From positions 16,244,001 to 16,308,000 of the forward strand of contig NC_043022.1 in NCBI RefSeq assembly GCF_006345805.1: DNA of 64,000 nucleotides, read 5' to 3'. Numbering within the stretch: the stretch's first letter is position 1; each line of letters opens with the position of its first letter. Under the pieces are notes generated by a model. That model was given only the letters and a program-made list of their open reading frames with translations. It did not search any database and had not been told where the DNA came from. The translations under genes and the position numbers were made by a program. Of this stretch, positions 26,068 through 38,720 are shown piece by piece. The stretch is from Octopus sinensis (Eukaryota).

Positions 26068-26201
26068 GCACTGGTGGTTTGGAACCTCTTATAATTTGCA
26101 TTAATTTACAAGCAGGCACTTCAAATCCACCAGAGTAGTTTACTGGTACATTGTACAGTTCAGTATTAATAAACTTGTATCATTTATACTAATGTACAGG
26201 T
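26068..26201 (+). ncRNA. Candidate box H/ACA snoRNA
   Basis: Hairpin 26073-26131, H box AGAGTA 26132-26137, second hairpin 26142-26195, ACA 26196-26198; about 134 nt. Upper-stem base to box spacing is 15 nt (hp1) and 14-15 nt (hp2). Confidence 0.45.
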
Positions 26202-27821
26202 ATCTGTATTTCATTTAATTACTTAAATAAATTTAATATATGCTAAATTTAGACTGTGTTGACCAAAATAACCACTCCTAGTTTGAAAGAACCAGTAATC
26301 CGGAAAGGTTTTGGATGCAAAGGTTCCAGAAAGTTGATGTCCCATTAGTTTCAAGATATCTAAAGGCCAGACTTCATCTTTCTGACTGTTCTCTTAGTAC
26401 AGATGAGAGTTTCAAATGCCAGCCTTGCTATGATCAGTTCTAAACATCATTGCTTCAATTATTACATTCCTTACTGGCCAAATTCTGTAGATACCTTTTA
26501 AGATAGACAAAGGATATTTTGCTCCTTGTGCATTCTTCCTTCACATGCTATTGTCAAAATGAATGATGTATTAGTTTGACCATTTTCCTAGTTAGATCTT
26601 TAGTGTACTTTACTTACTCTCACTTACTCCCTTCTAATTCTGCTGGAAGCAGTGACAACTGAACAACTGAACAACTTATGGTAAGAGCTTAAGTTTCACT
26701 TCTGAATTTAACTTTAATCTATGAAAGCATTAACAACTGAATACATTTCAACAGGATATCATTAATATTCAAAGTATCGACAGTTGAAATGTTTGGCTGC
26801 AGCATATGATATCTCTAATGTTTGGCTTGAAACTTCCAAATGTTCCTGTCAATGAAAGATCTAAGCTCTCCTCACATAAGCACATTAACTTTCCATTTTC
26901 CTGTCCATCAAGCCGCTTTCACTTGATCATCAAATTGTAGAGAATACTTCTTGGCTGTTCAAGCCACATTTATCTAATGGCTTTCTTTAGATTCATTTAG
27001 TCATTCTTAGGAAGTTTCTCATCTTTGAGCATCAGTTTCGAGAGGAAAATATTCTCATATCTAGAAAGAATGAAAAAAATTGTAAAGGAAATTCCAATTA
27101 CATTTTGTGGATGCGTTAGTGTTAATTACTGATTGTAAACCTTCATTAAAATTAGCAAAATCCTTGAAAATGTCATGAATATTGAAAACTCTAATTCTCT
27201 TTCTCTTATTAGTTTGTGTAGTCATCATGTTCTGTGTAACAGTGGTGGACTAGCAGTCTTTAAAGTGTTGGGCCGAAAATTTTGTGATATTTGTTCTGAG
27301 TTCAAATCTCACTGAGGCCAACTCTGACTTTTATCTTTTGAGGTTGATCATAATGTACCAATACAGAGTGGAACTACCAGACCATGTAAACCATGCTAAA
27401 AATGGTATGTAATGGCCGGATATGGCTTCCAATCCATTTAGGAAGGCAATAACACCAAATAAGAACTGGCACAACCCATGATGACCTCCTCATCTCAAAC
27501 CAGTTTGGAATGGAGAACATAAAGCCATGATGATAAGGATGATATATGGACGAGCATGTTTTATATAGTTGGGTCCAAACTATGGTTTAATATTGGTCTC
27601 TAGGTGGATATTAATTCAAGTGGATATCAGTTATTTTCTATCTATGTCTAACACCACTTGAGGATCAACATCCCTCAAATATTTACCCTGTTAATGGTAT
27701 GAAACCATGGTTTGAAATAGCATGGTAGAGATACTCAAATATTTGTACATATATAATATATATCCACTCTGTTAAAAGTGGATTTTGTGTGTTTTGATGT
27801 TTTTTGATAGGAACTACAAAT

Positions 27822-27875
<54 letters not shown>

Positions 27876-29564
27876 ACACACATAACACATATGCAGACAA
27901 ACACACACACACGCATATACACACACAAAATAATATTTTAAATTAAAATTAGAGACTTTGTATTTACTTTTCAGAAATATCTTTTATATTGGAGTACAAA
28001 AAATGAATTACAAAATTTACTACAAAACCAAATGCTTTTTAAAAAAAATCACTTTATATATTTTGCTCCTAATGTATATAAACATATTAGATCAATAAAA
28101 TTTCTTGTATTGCGTATTAGCTTAGGATATTAAAAAAGAAATTGGCAATCTTGTGATTCTAAAATTTATGACATGTTGTTGTTGTTGTTGTTGTTGTTGT
28201 TTTTTTCTTTAAAAAGCAAACAAATGTTAGTTATTTCCTCATTTGGTAATGAGACAAAAGATATACAGCAAAATATTTATGTGAAACTATAAATCATGAA
28301 CTTGTGGATTAGCCTTCGTTTGTGATTTGTCTATTGAACTTTCTTAGTTCTGCAGATCAATAAAATCACTGCTGGTTCTCAGCTATTAAACTGAAAGGTC
28401 AGGACTCCAGATTCTGTTGCAGCCTTTGTATTGTTTACCCGAAGGCAGGATTCATTATTTTGTTTGCTTCATTAGAGCCAACTGCAAAAAACCACTCTAT
28501 TCACTTCATAATTGAGTGGTTTGTGTTAGAAAAGGGCACCCTTCTGTTTATTTTAAAAGAAAATTAAAGCAATTTGATCCAGATATTAAAATACTGAAAT
28601 TTTAAGAATCCTCTCTTTCCACTCATGATGATGGCTTGAAAATATTTTCCAAATTGCTTTTATGAGTGACTATGAGTTCAATATTTGTCGCATTCACTGT
28701 GTCGGTACCAATACAAGTTACATAATATGGTTTGTCTTAGTTTGTCTCTTTGAAAGTAGGTGTTAATGACACATCATTTTTGAAGAGTTAATAGAAGGAT
28801 GAGCAATCAGCTATAAAATGGTAGACTGATTAAAAGCATTGAAACCTTGAGAGACAAATATAAAGATAATAAATTTAATCATAGACCAAATGTATGTCTA
28901 CGTCAGTCTGTCTATCTCTAGAATTATTATGTCTCTATGAAGACAACTACTGAACAGACTAATGCATAACGACAAAAACCTGAGATTAATAGTCTTATCA
29001 TGATTGAAGTTGAGTGTTTGTAATTTCAGCTGTTTTTGTTCACCCTCTCTTTCATAGCATTCAAATATTTTTTTCCTTTCTAATAAATGGCAGATGGTTC
29101 TGCTGTCTGGAGATGACTGTATTGATATGAGAGAAACAGCCAAAAAATTAAGATTTTATATCCTGTAAAAAAAAAAAAAAAAAAAAGAGGAAAAATGCCA
29201 TGCTTTGACCATTGACCTGAAGTACATCTCCATAACTGACTTAACCTGGTTGTAAGTAGGTACCACTGGTCACCATTGTAATTTGTAGCAGTACAGTAAC
29301 ACTGGAGATTCCACTGGAATGAATACACCGGAGATTTGAAACTCCTCTGTGCATATTACTACAATAGATAATGGTTCCCACTGGTTTTGTCCTCATCTCA
29401 AAATATGCTATGACTGCAGGCATTTCCAAACCTCAACCACAAGGACAAAAGGGTTTCCAGTTGTTCTGCATTTTTAAATATTAATTCTATTTGTTCCTGG
29501 AGAGTAGTACTGTTGTGTAGACAACCATGTAACACCTTCCCCTTATTCGTCAGATTCCACTATT

Positions 29565-29795
29565 ACTCTTGCTCTTTTACTCTTTTACTTGTTTCAGTCA
29601 TTTGACTGCGGCCATGCTGGAGCACCGCCTTTAGTCGAGCAAATCGAACCCGGGGCTTATTCTTTGTAAGCCCAGTACTTATTCTATCGGTCTCTTTTTG
29701 CCGAACCGCTAAGTGACGGGGACGTAAACACACCAGCATCGGTTGTCAAGCAATGCTAGGGAGACAAACACAGACACACAAAGACACACACATAC

Positions 29796-29830
<35 letters not shown>

Positions 29831-29986
29831 CGACGGGCTTCTTTCAGTTTCCGTCTACCAAATCCACTCACAAGGCATTGGTCGGCCCGGGGCTATAGCA
29901 GAAGACACTTGCCCAAGATGCCATGCAGTGGGACTGAACCCGGAACCATGTGGTTGGTTAGCAAGCTACTTACCACACAGCCACTC
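29565..29986 (-). mobile_element. SINE family A, full-length young copy
   Basis: tRNA-like head (GAGTGGCTGTGTGGTAAG...GGGTTCAGTCCC), TTGGGCAAGTGTCTTC segment, internal (TA)/(TG) microsatellite, (TAAAAGAG)n tail; CpGs intact. Confidence 0.92.
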
Positions 29987-30772
29987 TATCTTGAGAACTT
30001 AGTAATATTTTAGTCTATGTTGTGGTTATTGGGGGTTATTTGTAGTCTATATGTTCTTTGTCAAAGTGTTGATATACTTTTGGGTTAAAATTCTTACTAC
30101 AAGTTCGTTTTCAATGGGAAGGGTGTCTTCTCCATCTTTCTGTGTACATCATTTCTATTCCATGATCAAATAGCCTCTGTTTATCACTGGTATACTCCAC
30201 CACTGTAGGTTTTAGACCTGATTACACTTGGGATACACTGTTTCCATGACAACTGGGGCAACACAATGCTGTTGGTGTTTCCATTATATTTCCTTTTTTT
30301 GAGAACTTAATTGGTTTAACTTGATCAACATGGCAGCTAGGATAAAGTGTTGTTATTGATCAATGTTCAAAATGTGGTCAGGCTGTCTTTGATTCTGAGG
30401 TCCACTTGAATTTTAACCAAAATATGTGGTTGCCATTTTAAGAAAAGTTGAGAGGATTTTTAAGGAGATTTAGCTGTTTCTTTGGCTGCTTGACTAACCA
30501 CATCAGGAACACCTCACTGGTTGTGATTGTCCACAGATGAATACTCAACATTGTTTTCCAAACTAATAATTCAGTTTTAGTTTCAAGACTCACACCCTTT
30601 GAGTGTTGTTCCATTTGGATCTGTGTGCTGAACTGAACCTGTTTGATGTTGAATAATTACCTCTTCTTTGGTTGCCTTTACAAAAGCATCCAGCTGTAAA
30701 ATAGGGACTTCACGAAATATCTGAATTTTCAGATCTATCCAAACTATGCAAATACATGCTTTTTCATTTGCA

Positions 30773-30805
30773 CAAACATGTCCAAACATACACACACACA
30801 CACAC

Positions 30806-30837
<32 letters not shown>

Positions 30838-30932
30838 ACATACATACACACACACACACATACATACACACACACACACACACGTGTGTATATGTGTGTG
30901 GGTATAAGTACATGTATGTATATGAAAATGCA

Positions 30933-30985
<53 letters not shown>

Positions 30986-30990
30986 GTACA
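30773..30990. repeat. Compound (CA)n/(TA)n microsatellite
   Basis: Direct reading; source of several spurious ORFs. Confidence 0.95.
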
Positions 30991-31288
30991 TATATTACTT
31001 AAAACACTTTTAGATTTAGTTAAAACTGAGTGTATATAGAACTTCCAATAATCAGATTTGGTTCATTGTCCTTGACTGCAAGATAATATCTGCTTATAAA
31101 AATCATTTCCTTGTATTTCATTGCAATTACATTGTGTATTCTGCTAAAACACTAAAGTGGTTTTAAGCTTATACATTAGTGATTATAATCAGATATTGAT
31201 CAATATCGTAATCAGATCTATAATACAAAGATCCTATACCTAAGCATTTTTCATATTTAAATATATTTTGCATACATATTTTAATTAT

Positions 31289-31342
<54 letters not shown>

Positions 31343-31516
31343 ATACACACACACACACTCACTCGCTTTTAGAAAGTAAATGTAAGCAATCAATAGTGTT
31401 GTTCTTGACGTGTTAGGTTGACATGACACTTAGTTTGACATGAGGTAACACAATCAAATCCTTGATTATGTCTGTCTTCATATAAAACTGTCTTATATCA
31501 TAAGAAAAGTATTATA

Positions 31517-31552
<36 letters not shown>

Positions 31553-31555
31553 TAC

Positions 31556-31592
<37 letters not shown>

Positions 31593-31738
31593 TGTAATGT
31601 ATATCAGTTTATCTTGTATTTAGCGATCAATAACATTGTTAGCTTGAGCTTTCCAATAAATTCACTGCTTTTCCTACAGTGAGAGTGATAAGGGATTGTC
31701 TGTGTAACTCAGCTAGGAAAAATATTCCATAAGGTTTA

Positions 31739-31778
<40 letters not shown>

Positions 31779-32208
31779 AAAGCACCAGTTATTCAGTTTT
31801 TCTCCCCATTGTTCATGTCTTTCAGCTATAGACCTTAGCAAAATATATACAGATGTGCATACGTGTGCACACACACACACACATGCACATGCACAAGCAG
31901 CTAGGTGCACGTTTATGCATGTGTATTGGTGCACTCTGTTATATTTCTTAATGTTGAAAGGTAACTCAGCTATTCAATAAATGATAATCAATAAAAGAAA
32001 TAGCAGACAAATGAGTACAGGTGGGGATGGGACGGGGGTTAGGTGGTTGTTGAGATTAACTAAAACCTGTGAAGGAAGGGCTAAATAATGGTTGCAGTCC
32101 ATTGACTAAATCCAGTGAAAGAATATAGAGAGTAAAAAGAATAAAAAAAGGTACAGCCAGTGGTCACTCAGAAGTGAGTGCGACTTGGTGTCATGCATCA
32201 TGCTTTGA

Positions 32209-32434
32209 TTGTACTTCTGAAATGATTTTGTCATGCAAATTCATAGAGGTGACCAATTAAGTAACTTAGATACCAACGTCGTTTGCATCACTAATTTTAA
32301 GAAACTTGAATCAGCTTTTCAGGTTCTCTGACCAGAGGCCATCATATACACAGGTGTATTCGTTGGAATGTACACTAATGTGAGCATTAAAATCTCCAGT
32401 CAATACATTTTGTCATCAATCTGCAAAGGGGATT
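32209..32434 (-). mobile_element. RTE-like LINE endonuclease fragment, left arm of an inverted duplication
   Basis: Reverse complement of 33333-33566 with about 11 substitutions and one 8-bp indel, counted by eye. Confidence 0.85.
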
Positions 32435-32719
32435 ATTTAAGTGGCTGTGCAGGTGTGAGCAGACAGGTGTCTTCTTGGTTCCCTCATCATTGACCAAGAG
32501 GAACATCCAGGATGTAAGAGATGGGAGGAGCTGCACTGGTAGTCAGTTGGTGCTCAGTGCAACTGAAGTGTCTTACAAACCAGGAATTGAACTCACGACC
32601 TTGTGATCCCCACCACTAGGCCATACGGGGAGGAGAACAAAAGAGAAAAAATCTATAAGTAGAAGTTAGTTGGAAACAAAGATATACTCTTTCTGCTGTT
32701 GTTCAAATTTGAGTTGAAG

Positions 32720-32749
32720 ATCTCTCTCTCTCTATTTCTATCTATCTAC

Positions 32750-32812
<63 letters not shown>

Positions 32813-32869
32813 CCTACCTACCTACCTACCTACATACCTACCTACCTACCTACCTACCTACCTACCTAC

Positions 32870-32920
<51 letters not shown>

Positions 32921-32937
32921 CCTACCTACCTACCTAC

Positions 32938-32998
<61 letters not shown>

Positions 32999-33025
32999 CA
33001 TCTATGTCTATCTACCTATCTATCT
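32720..33025. repeat. Compound (TCTA)n/(CCTA)n tetranucleotide array
   Basis: Direct reading; explains ORF 32699-33064. Confidence 0.95.
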
Positions 33026-33332
33026 GTCATGACTTTACCTTTCTTTTCAAAGCCTTTCAAATAAGCACCAGTAATATACTGGTATCCAATCATTCAACTA
33101 TATTCCAGCCTTCTTACAAAAACAAAATGTTATGCTTGAGAAAAGAAATCAATATAGTTTGTTTGATTGTGAAGTAACAATATTAAAGCGTCTAGGATGG
33201 AGTTTCGTGTAATTGATTCTCTAATGGTATCAAAGTAAAGGAAGATATTTATATAAAACAGTTTCAAGATGAAAGTGAAGCTAACTTATTCATTAAGGTT
33301 CTCTATTGCCAAATTATTCATGAAGAAGTAAA

Positions 33333-33566
33333 AATCCCCTTTGCAGATTGATGACAAAATGTATTGACTGGAGATTTTAATGCTCACATTAGTGTACATT
33401 CCAATGAATTCACTTGTGTATATGATGGCCTCTGGTCAGAGAACCTGAAAAGCTGAATCAAGTTTCTTAAAATTAGTGGTGCAAATGATGTTGTTATCTG
33501 TAACACTAAGTTACTTAATTGGTCACCTCTATGAATTTGCACAACAAAATCATTTCAGAAATACAA
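33333..33566 (+). mobile_element. RTE-like LINE endonuclease fragment, right arm
   Basis: Translates as VLTGDFNAHI...*IKFLKISGANDVVICNT; GDFNAH is an AP-endonuclease motif. Confidence 0.8.
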
Positions 33567-34860
33567 TATCATTCTATTATCTAACTTTACTGCCAGTTGC
33601 CCTCAGTTCATTTCGATGAACTATAGACACTAAACATTTTGAATAAATTACACTGGTCTTCTCTCTGACTAAGACATCATTTTCTTTTTTTAATATTACA
33701 CAATAAGTTACACTTGGTCTCCTCTGTAACTATGATATCATTTTCTGTTTTAATATTACACAATCCAGGACCAAAGTACCGTTTACTGAAACTTTTGTGT
33801 TTTGGGAAAATATGAATCAAATGTTTTATAAACACATATTTATTGTAAAGGAAAAGCTGCTCTATTGTGGCTAATCCCAACAGCAATTACTTGTGTTTTT
33901 AATCACATTCAAACCTGTTGAATGTATTGAGAGTAAATATGTTTGTCTAACTTTCATATTTCTGAAATAAAAAAAATATATATAAAGGCAATTTGAATCT
34001 TTTTTCCAAATGTGTGTGGCATGGCTCTCCATGGATTCAATATATGATCAACTGAACAGCCTGCTCTAGAAATTAATGTGCAAGTGGCTGAGTACTCCAC
34101 AGACATATCCTTCATGTAGTTCTCGGGGAAATTCAGCATGACACAGAGTGTAACAAGGCTGACCCTTTGAATTACAGGTACATCTCATTTTTCCCAGCAG
34201 AGTAGATGAGAGCAGCATGAAATAAAGTGTCTTGCTCAAGGACCAATACACAACCAGGAATCAAATGCATGACCTTCTGATTGTGAGCCAAATTCCCTTG
34301 CCACCAAGCCATACATCTTCATCCAAATGGGTGTGTGCTCAATTTAGCACCACCGTCTTTAACATAGGGCTCTGATGCAAACAGCCAGGCCAAGACTCGT
34401 TTTGACCACATTTTACTCTCTTTTTTCCACCAGTCTTGGAAGGTCATGGACCCTGCTTTCCTCTTGGTCAAACCACCTATAAAATATTATCATAAAATTG
34501 ACATTTTCTTGAGTTTTAGTGGAATTCCAATTTTTTACGTGGATGGTAACAACCACAAGAATGAGTTCACTGCACCTTTCTTGTATAATTAATAGTCTAG
34601 ATTAAGAAAGGGAAAATGGATTGGGAAATATTTCAGCCCCGGTATCATTAAAAGCAATTGTTGAAAGAAAAAAAATGAAGGAATTTAACTTTGTACTAGG
34701 GGTCTATAAAATGTAATGCATCTTTGGAATTTTTGCTTAGGAAAGGCATGAATCACACATCATTCCATTTCTCCCTCCACACACACACACTTTCTCTCTC
34801 TGTTCCCCCCTCTCTCTCACACACAAGTCTTTTCAGTCTTCTTGAAAATACTTGAGTATA

Positions 34861-35279
34861 TCTCTTTTCTCTTTCTCTTTTCTCTTTTAATTGTTTCAGT
34901 CATTTGACTGCGGCCATGCTGGAGCACCGCCTTTAATCGAACAAATCGACCCCGGGACTTATTCTTTGTAAGCCCAGTACTTATTCTATCGGTCTCTTTT
35001 GCCGAACCGCTATGTGACGGGGACGTAAACACACCAGCATCGGTTGTCAAGCAATGCTAGGGGGACAAACACACACACACAAACATATACACACACACTT
35101 ATATATGTATATACATATATGCGACAGGCTTCTTTCAGTTTCCGTCTACCAAATCCACTCACAAGGCATTGGTCGGCCCGAGGCTATAGCAGAAGACACT
35201 TGCCCAAGATGCCACGCAGTGGGACTGAACCCGGAACCGTGTAGTTGGTTAGCAAGCTACTTACCACACAGCCACTCCT
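34861..35279 (-). mobile_element. SINE family A, full-length young copy
   Basis: Near-identical to 29565-29986. Confidence 0.92.
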
Positions 35280-35943
35280 ATATATATATTTTAAAATTCA
35301 TTCCATCTCTGAAAGAAAATGAATTAAGCCGGTGCTCCAGCATGACCATAGTCCTACGACTGAAACCATTAAAAGAAATAAAAGAATAAAGAATAATAAT
35401 GTCTAATGTTGGCATCAGATTAGTTTTTGTTGATTATATTAATTCTTAGTATTTAACTGGTACTCTATCAACTCCAAAAGGCAAAGTTGACCTTGGTGAG
35501 AACTGAACCCGGGACATAAACAGACATGACTAAATCCCGTAACCATGACATTTTGGTTTTCCATGCTCTAATTTTGTCAAAAGAAAAAAAAAAAAAAGGA
35601 AAAATCAATTTTATTGAAGAGTGGCGAAATTGGCACACATGTGAAATAAGCATAAAAAATGCTTTGTTCCCCTGAAGAAACTGCAGGAGCTACCCCGAGG
35701 TTTTTGCAAGCTCTTCTAGATCCATTGCAGTGCTGGAAACCCTGGGCACATCCATTTAAACTCGTTTCAATGATCTGTATTAACCACTGCCCAATCTTGC
35801 TTTAATACTTTCTGTGTTAATATAAGATTTAAATGTCTCTGAGCTCTGTGAGATGTGGGTCATTTAAATTCAAGCTATATCAGCTGGCTTCTTTCCTCTT
35901 TGTATTTGACAGGAAATAAATTTATTATTATTACGATCACCAG

Positions 35944-35987
<44 letters not shown>

Positions 35988-35988
<1 letters not shown>

Positions 35989-36498
35989 TTTTTTTTTTCT
36001 TCTTTCAAATTTGCTTCCATTTCTTGCCGAGCGTCTTCCCGACTCCTAGGGCAAAGAAACTCATAGTATACATTGGTAGGCCATTAAACCAAACTCAATA
36101 GTTCGTTAATTTTTTTTTTTTTTTTTTAAGGTTAAATTAAAATACATGAGCAGCAACAGTTCTCACATCGACAATGCTCTTCTCAATACGTGTGATGTAC
36201 CAGTTAAGACAATCTTTTGCACTTCTTGCAGGGATGGTAAGCCAGGGATCATCCTCATATAATTTTCGGTTCCCTTCTTGATCATTCCTAGTGCTCCTAC
36301 AATCACTGGTATTGTAACCGCCTTGAGATGCCACATTTTCTCAATTTCAATGAGCAGGTCTTTATACTTTCTGAGCTTGTCAAACTCTTTCACCGAGATA
36401 TTATGATCACAGGGGATGCTTATGTCGATCAATAAGCAAACTTTATTGTTTTTGTCTTTCACAACAATATCTGGTTTATTGGCTTTGATGGTTCGGTC

Positions 36499-36500
<2 letters not shown>
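35988..36500 (-). mobile_element. 5'-truncated R4/Dong-like non-LTR retrotransposon (RLE domain plus 3' UTR) in a (TAA)n tract
   Basis: Uninterrupted frame DRTIKANKPDIVVKDK...LLIDISIP...KLRKYKDL...IPVIVGALG...ALSM-stop (PD..D...K restriction-like endonuclease). (ATT)n flanks at 35945-35987 and 36500-36548. Confidence 0.85.
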
Positions 36501-36553
<53 letters not shown>

Positions 36554-36631
36554 ATCATTATTATTTCTGCTATACACAACAATAACCACATGGATAAGAT
36601 AATGATTACTTCATGGTTTATAATCTCATAC

Positions 36632-36680
36632 CTCATCACAATCATCTTATTGTCTTCCACAAGGTACCTGAGTCTACTTG
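36632..36680 (-). other. Candidate 49-nt exon
   Basis: TAATGCTTTCAG acceptor, GTATGA donor, open frame SRLRYLVEDNKMIVM. Confidence 0.2.
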
Positions 36681-36809
36681 CTGAAAGCATTACATACATT
36701 TTGGAAATTACTATTATCATTAATAATATTAATTATTATTATTGATGTCTTACTTGTTCATATTAATCATCATAAAATGTGTTGCAGAATAGTATTACTA
36801 ACACTAGCC

Positions 36810-36847
<38 letters not shown>

Positions 36848-38364
36848 TAGTAATAATAATAATAGTAATAATAATAATAATAACTTATGATGTCCCATTT
36901 TTTGAGGATTATGCCAAGAATATAAACACTCAATAGTTTTGAATTTTCAAACTTCATCTTGATGGATCATTTTGCCTGAAGTATCTTGATATTTTATACT
37001 AAACAATTTGGCAAAACTTTGCTTGAATGTTTATTTCCAAATTTGATGCTTCTCTTTATGTACTCTGGAATGCTGCCAAGGTAAAACTGTTCTCTTATAT
37101 CTGAATTAATCAATAGATACTATTGGATAGAAATCTATGTGGAGGTACCTTTAGAAAGGAATTAGGAATAACAAGTGGATGGTGGGGGATACAAGAGTCA
37201 AAAAAGCTCTGTTGCTGTTGAAAAACAACACAAAAATCGAAACAAAGCAATAATAATAATAATAATAATAATAAAGTTGTTATTTTTGCATTGACCTTTT
37301 TGATTTGAATAGCTGTCATTGTTATGGAGTGGTGATGGTAGGTGTTTGGTGATGGCAGGCTTTGGGGAGAAAAAGTGATTGGGTGAAAGTCATTGTATGC
37401 ATAAGGAAAATTGTACGAATACAAATACATAAGTATTAGTGATGGTGATAGGAGTCAGTTATCTCTCTTATTGACTATGTGGGATATTAGAAAAGCAGCT
37501 TCTTTTTCACCCCTGAGAGAGAGAGAGAGAGAGAGTGAGAGAGAGAGAGAGACATTGGCCTCTAAGAAATATTGGGAAAAAAACTATAGGTTTAATGTAT
37601 GCATGTATGGATATATAAGAATGTATGTTTAGAAATTTGTGCGTGTATGTATGCAATGCATAAGTTTGAAAATGTTTTGTTTTATTCTTTTACAATTTTC
37701 TACATCTGAATATATATATATTATATCTTCACCACCATCTCTCTCACTAACTATTACGTTCCTTAACTTACTATCTGACATATCTGCTCTGTCTTAGTCT
37801 CTAACTCTTCTGCCTTTCTTTTTCAACTGGAGTATTGATGTATCTACTCTACAGCAGGACCTCCTAGCTCTGTCGCTTTATACCCCTATTCTCTCATCAA
37901 CTGGCACAAAGCACTCCCCCTCCATCACTACTACTGCCTCCTCCCAGTTGAGGGGTTTCTTGTCTTGCAAGTTACTTGGTGATCCTGTCGGTACTGGTGC
38001 CACATAAGAAGCACTGGTACTGGCGCCACATAAAAAGTACTCAGTAACTCTGTAAAGGGGTTGGCATTAGGAAAGGCAGCCAGTAGTAGAAACTATGTTA
38101 AAACAGACAATTGGAGCCTGGTACTGCGCCCATCCTTACCAGCTCCTATCAAACCATCCAACCATACCAGCATGGAATGTGACTGTTAAATGATGATTAT
38201 ATATACATGCCAGCAGTCCAACCCATGTCAGCATAGGTTGATGACTTGATGGGTTTTTCCTTGAGGACATTGGATCTAACCTATAGGACCAGCCAGTGAA
38301 TGTCAGTAGGTTTTCAATGTAGCTAATTGATGTTTGGGAAAATTGGTTTTTATAAACTATCTTT

Positions 38365-38720
38365 TATCTTTTACTTGTTTCAGTCATTAGACTGCGGCCA
38401 TGCAGGTACACTGCCTGGAAGAATTTCTAGTCAAAGGAATTGATCCCAGTCCTTTTTTTATTTTTAAGGCTAATATTTATTCTGTTGGACTCTCTTGCTG
38501 AACTGCTAAGTTATGGGGTGTAGTGTTGGGGGATGAACACAGGCACATGCACACACACTCATGCATACATACATACATGGGCTTCTTTCAGTTTCCATCT
38601 ACCAAATCCATTTACAAGGCTTTGGTTAGCCCAGGGCTGTAGTAGAAAATACTTGCTAAAGGTGCTGCATGATAAGACTGAGCCCAAGGCCACATGACCG
38701 GGAAGCAAACTTCTCAACCG
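38365..38720 (-). mobile_element. SINE family A, older copy
   Basis: Colinear similarity to the full copies. Similar older copies at 39935-40295, 46885-47235, 60138-60497 and 63270-63665, all on the minus strand. Confidence 0.85.

Noticed and set aside
28624-28680. C/D snoRNA-like ATGATGA with ACTCA/TGAGT flanks; also 17088 and 47492
   Set aside because: No CTGA D box at a suitable distance with a terminal stem.
30594-30693. Attractive minus-strand exon LDAFVKATKEEVIIQHQTGSVQHTDPNGTTLKG
   Set aside because: Its acceptor and first codons (TTTTACAG|CTGGATGC...GCAACC) match the antisense of repeat family C (TTTCTACAG CTGGATGC...GCCAACC), so it is probably a repeat remnant. Exonisation is not excluded.
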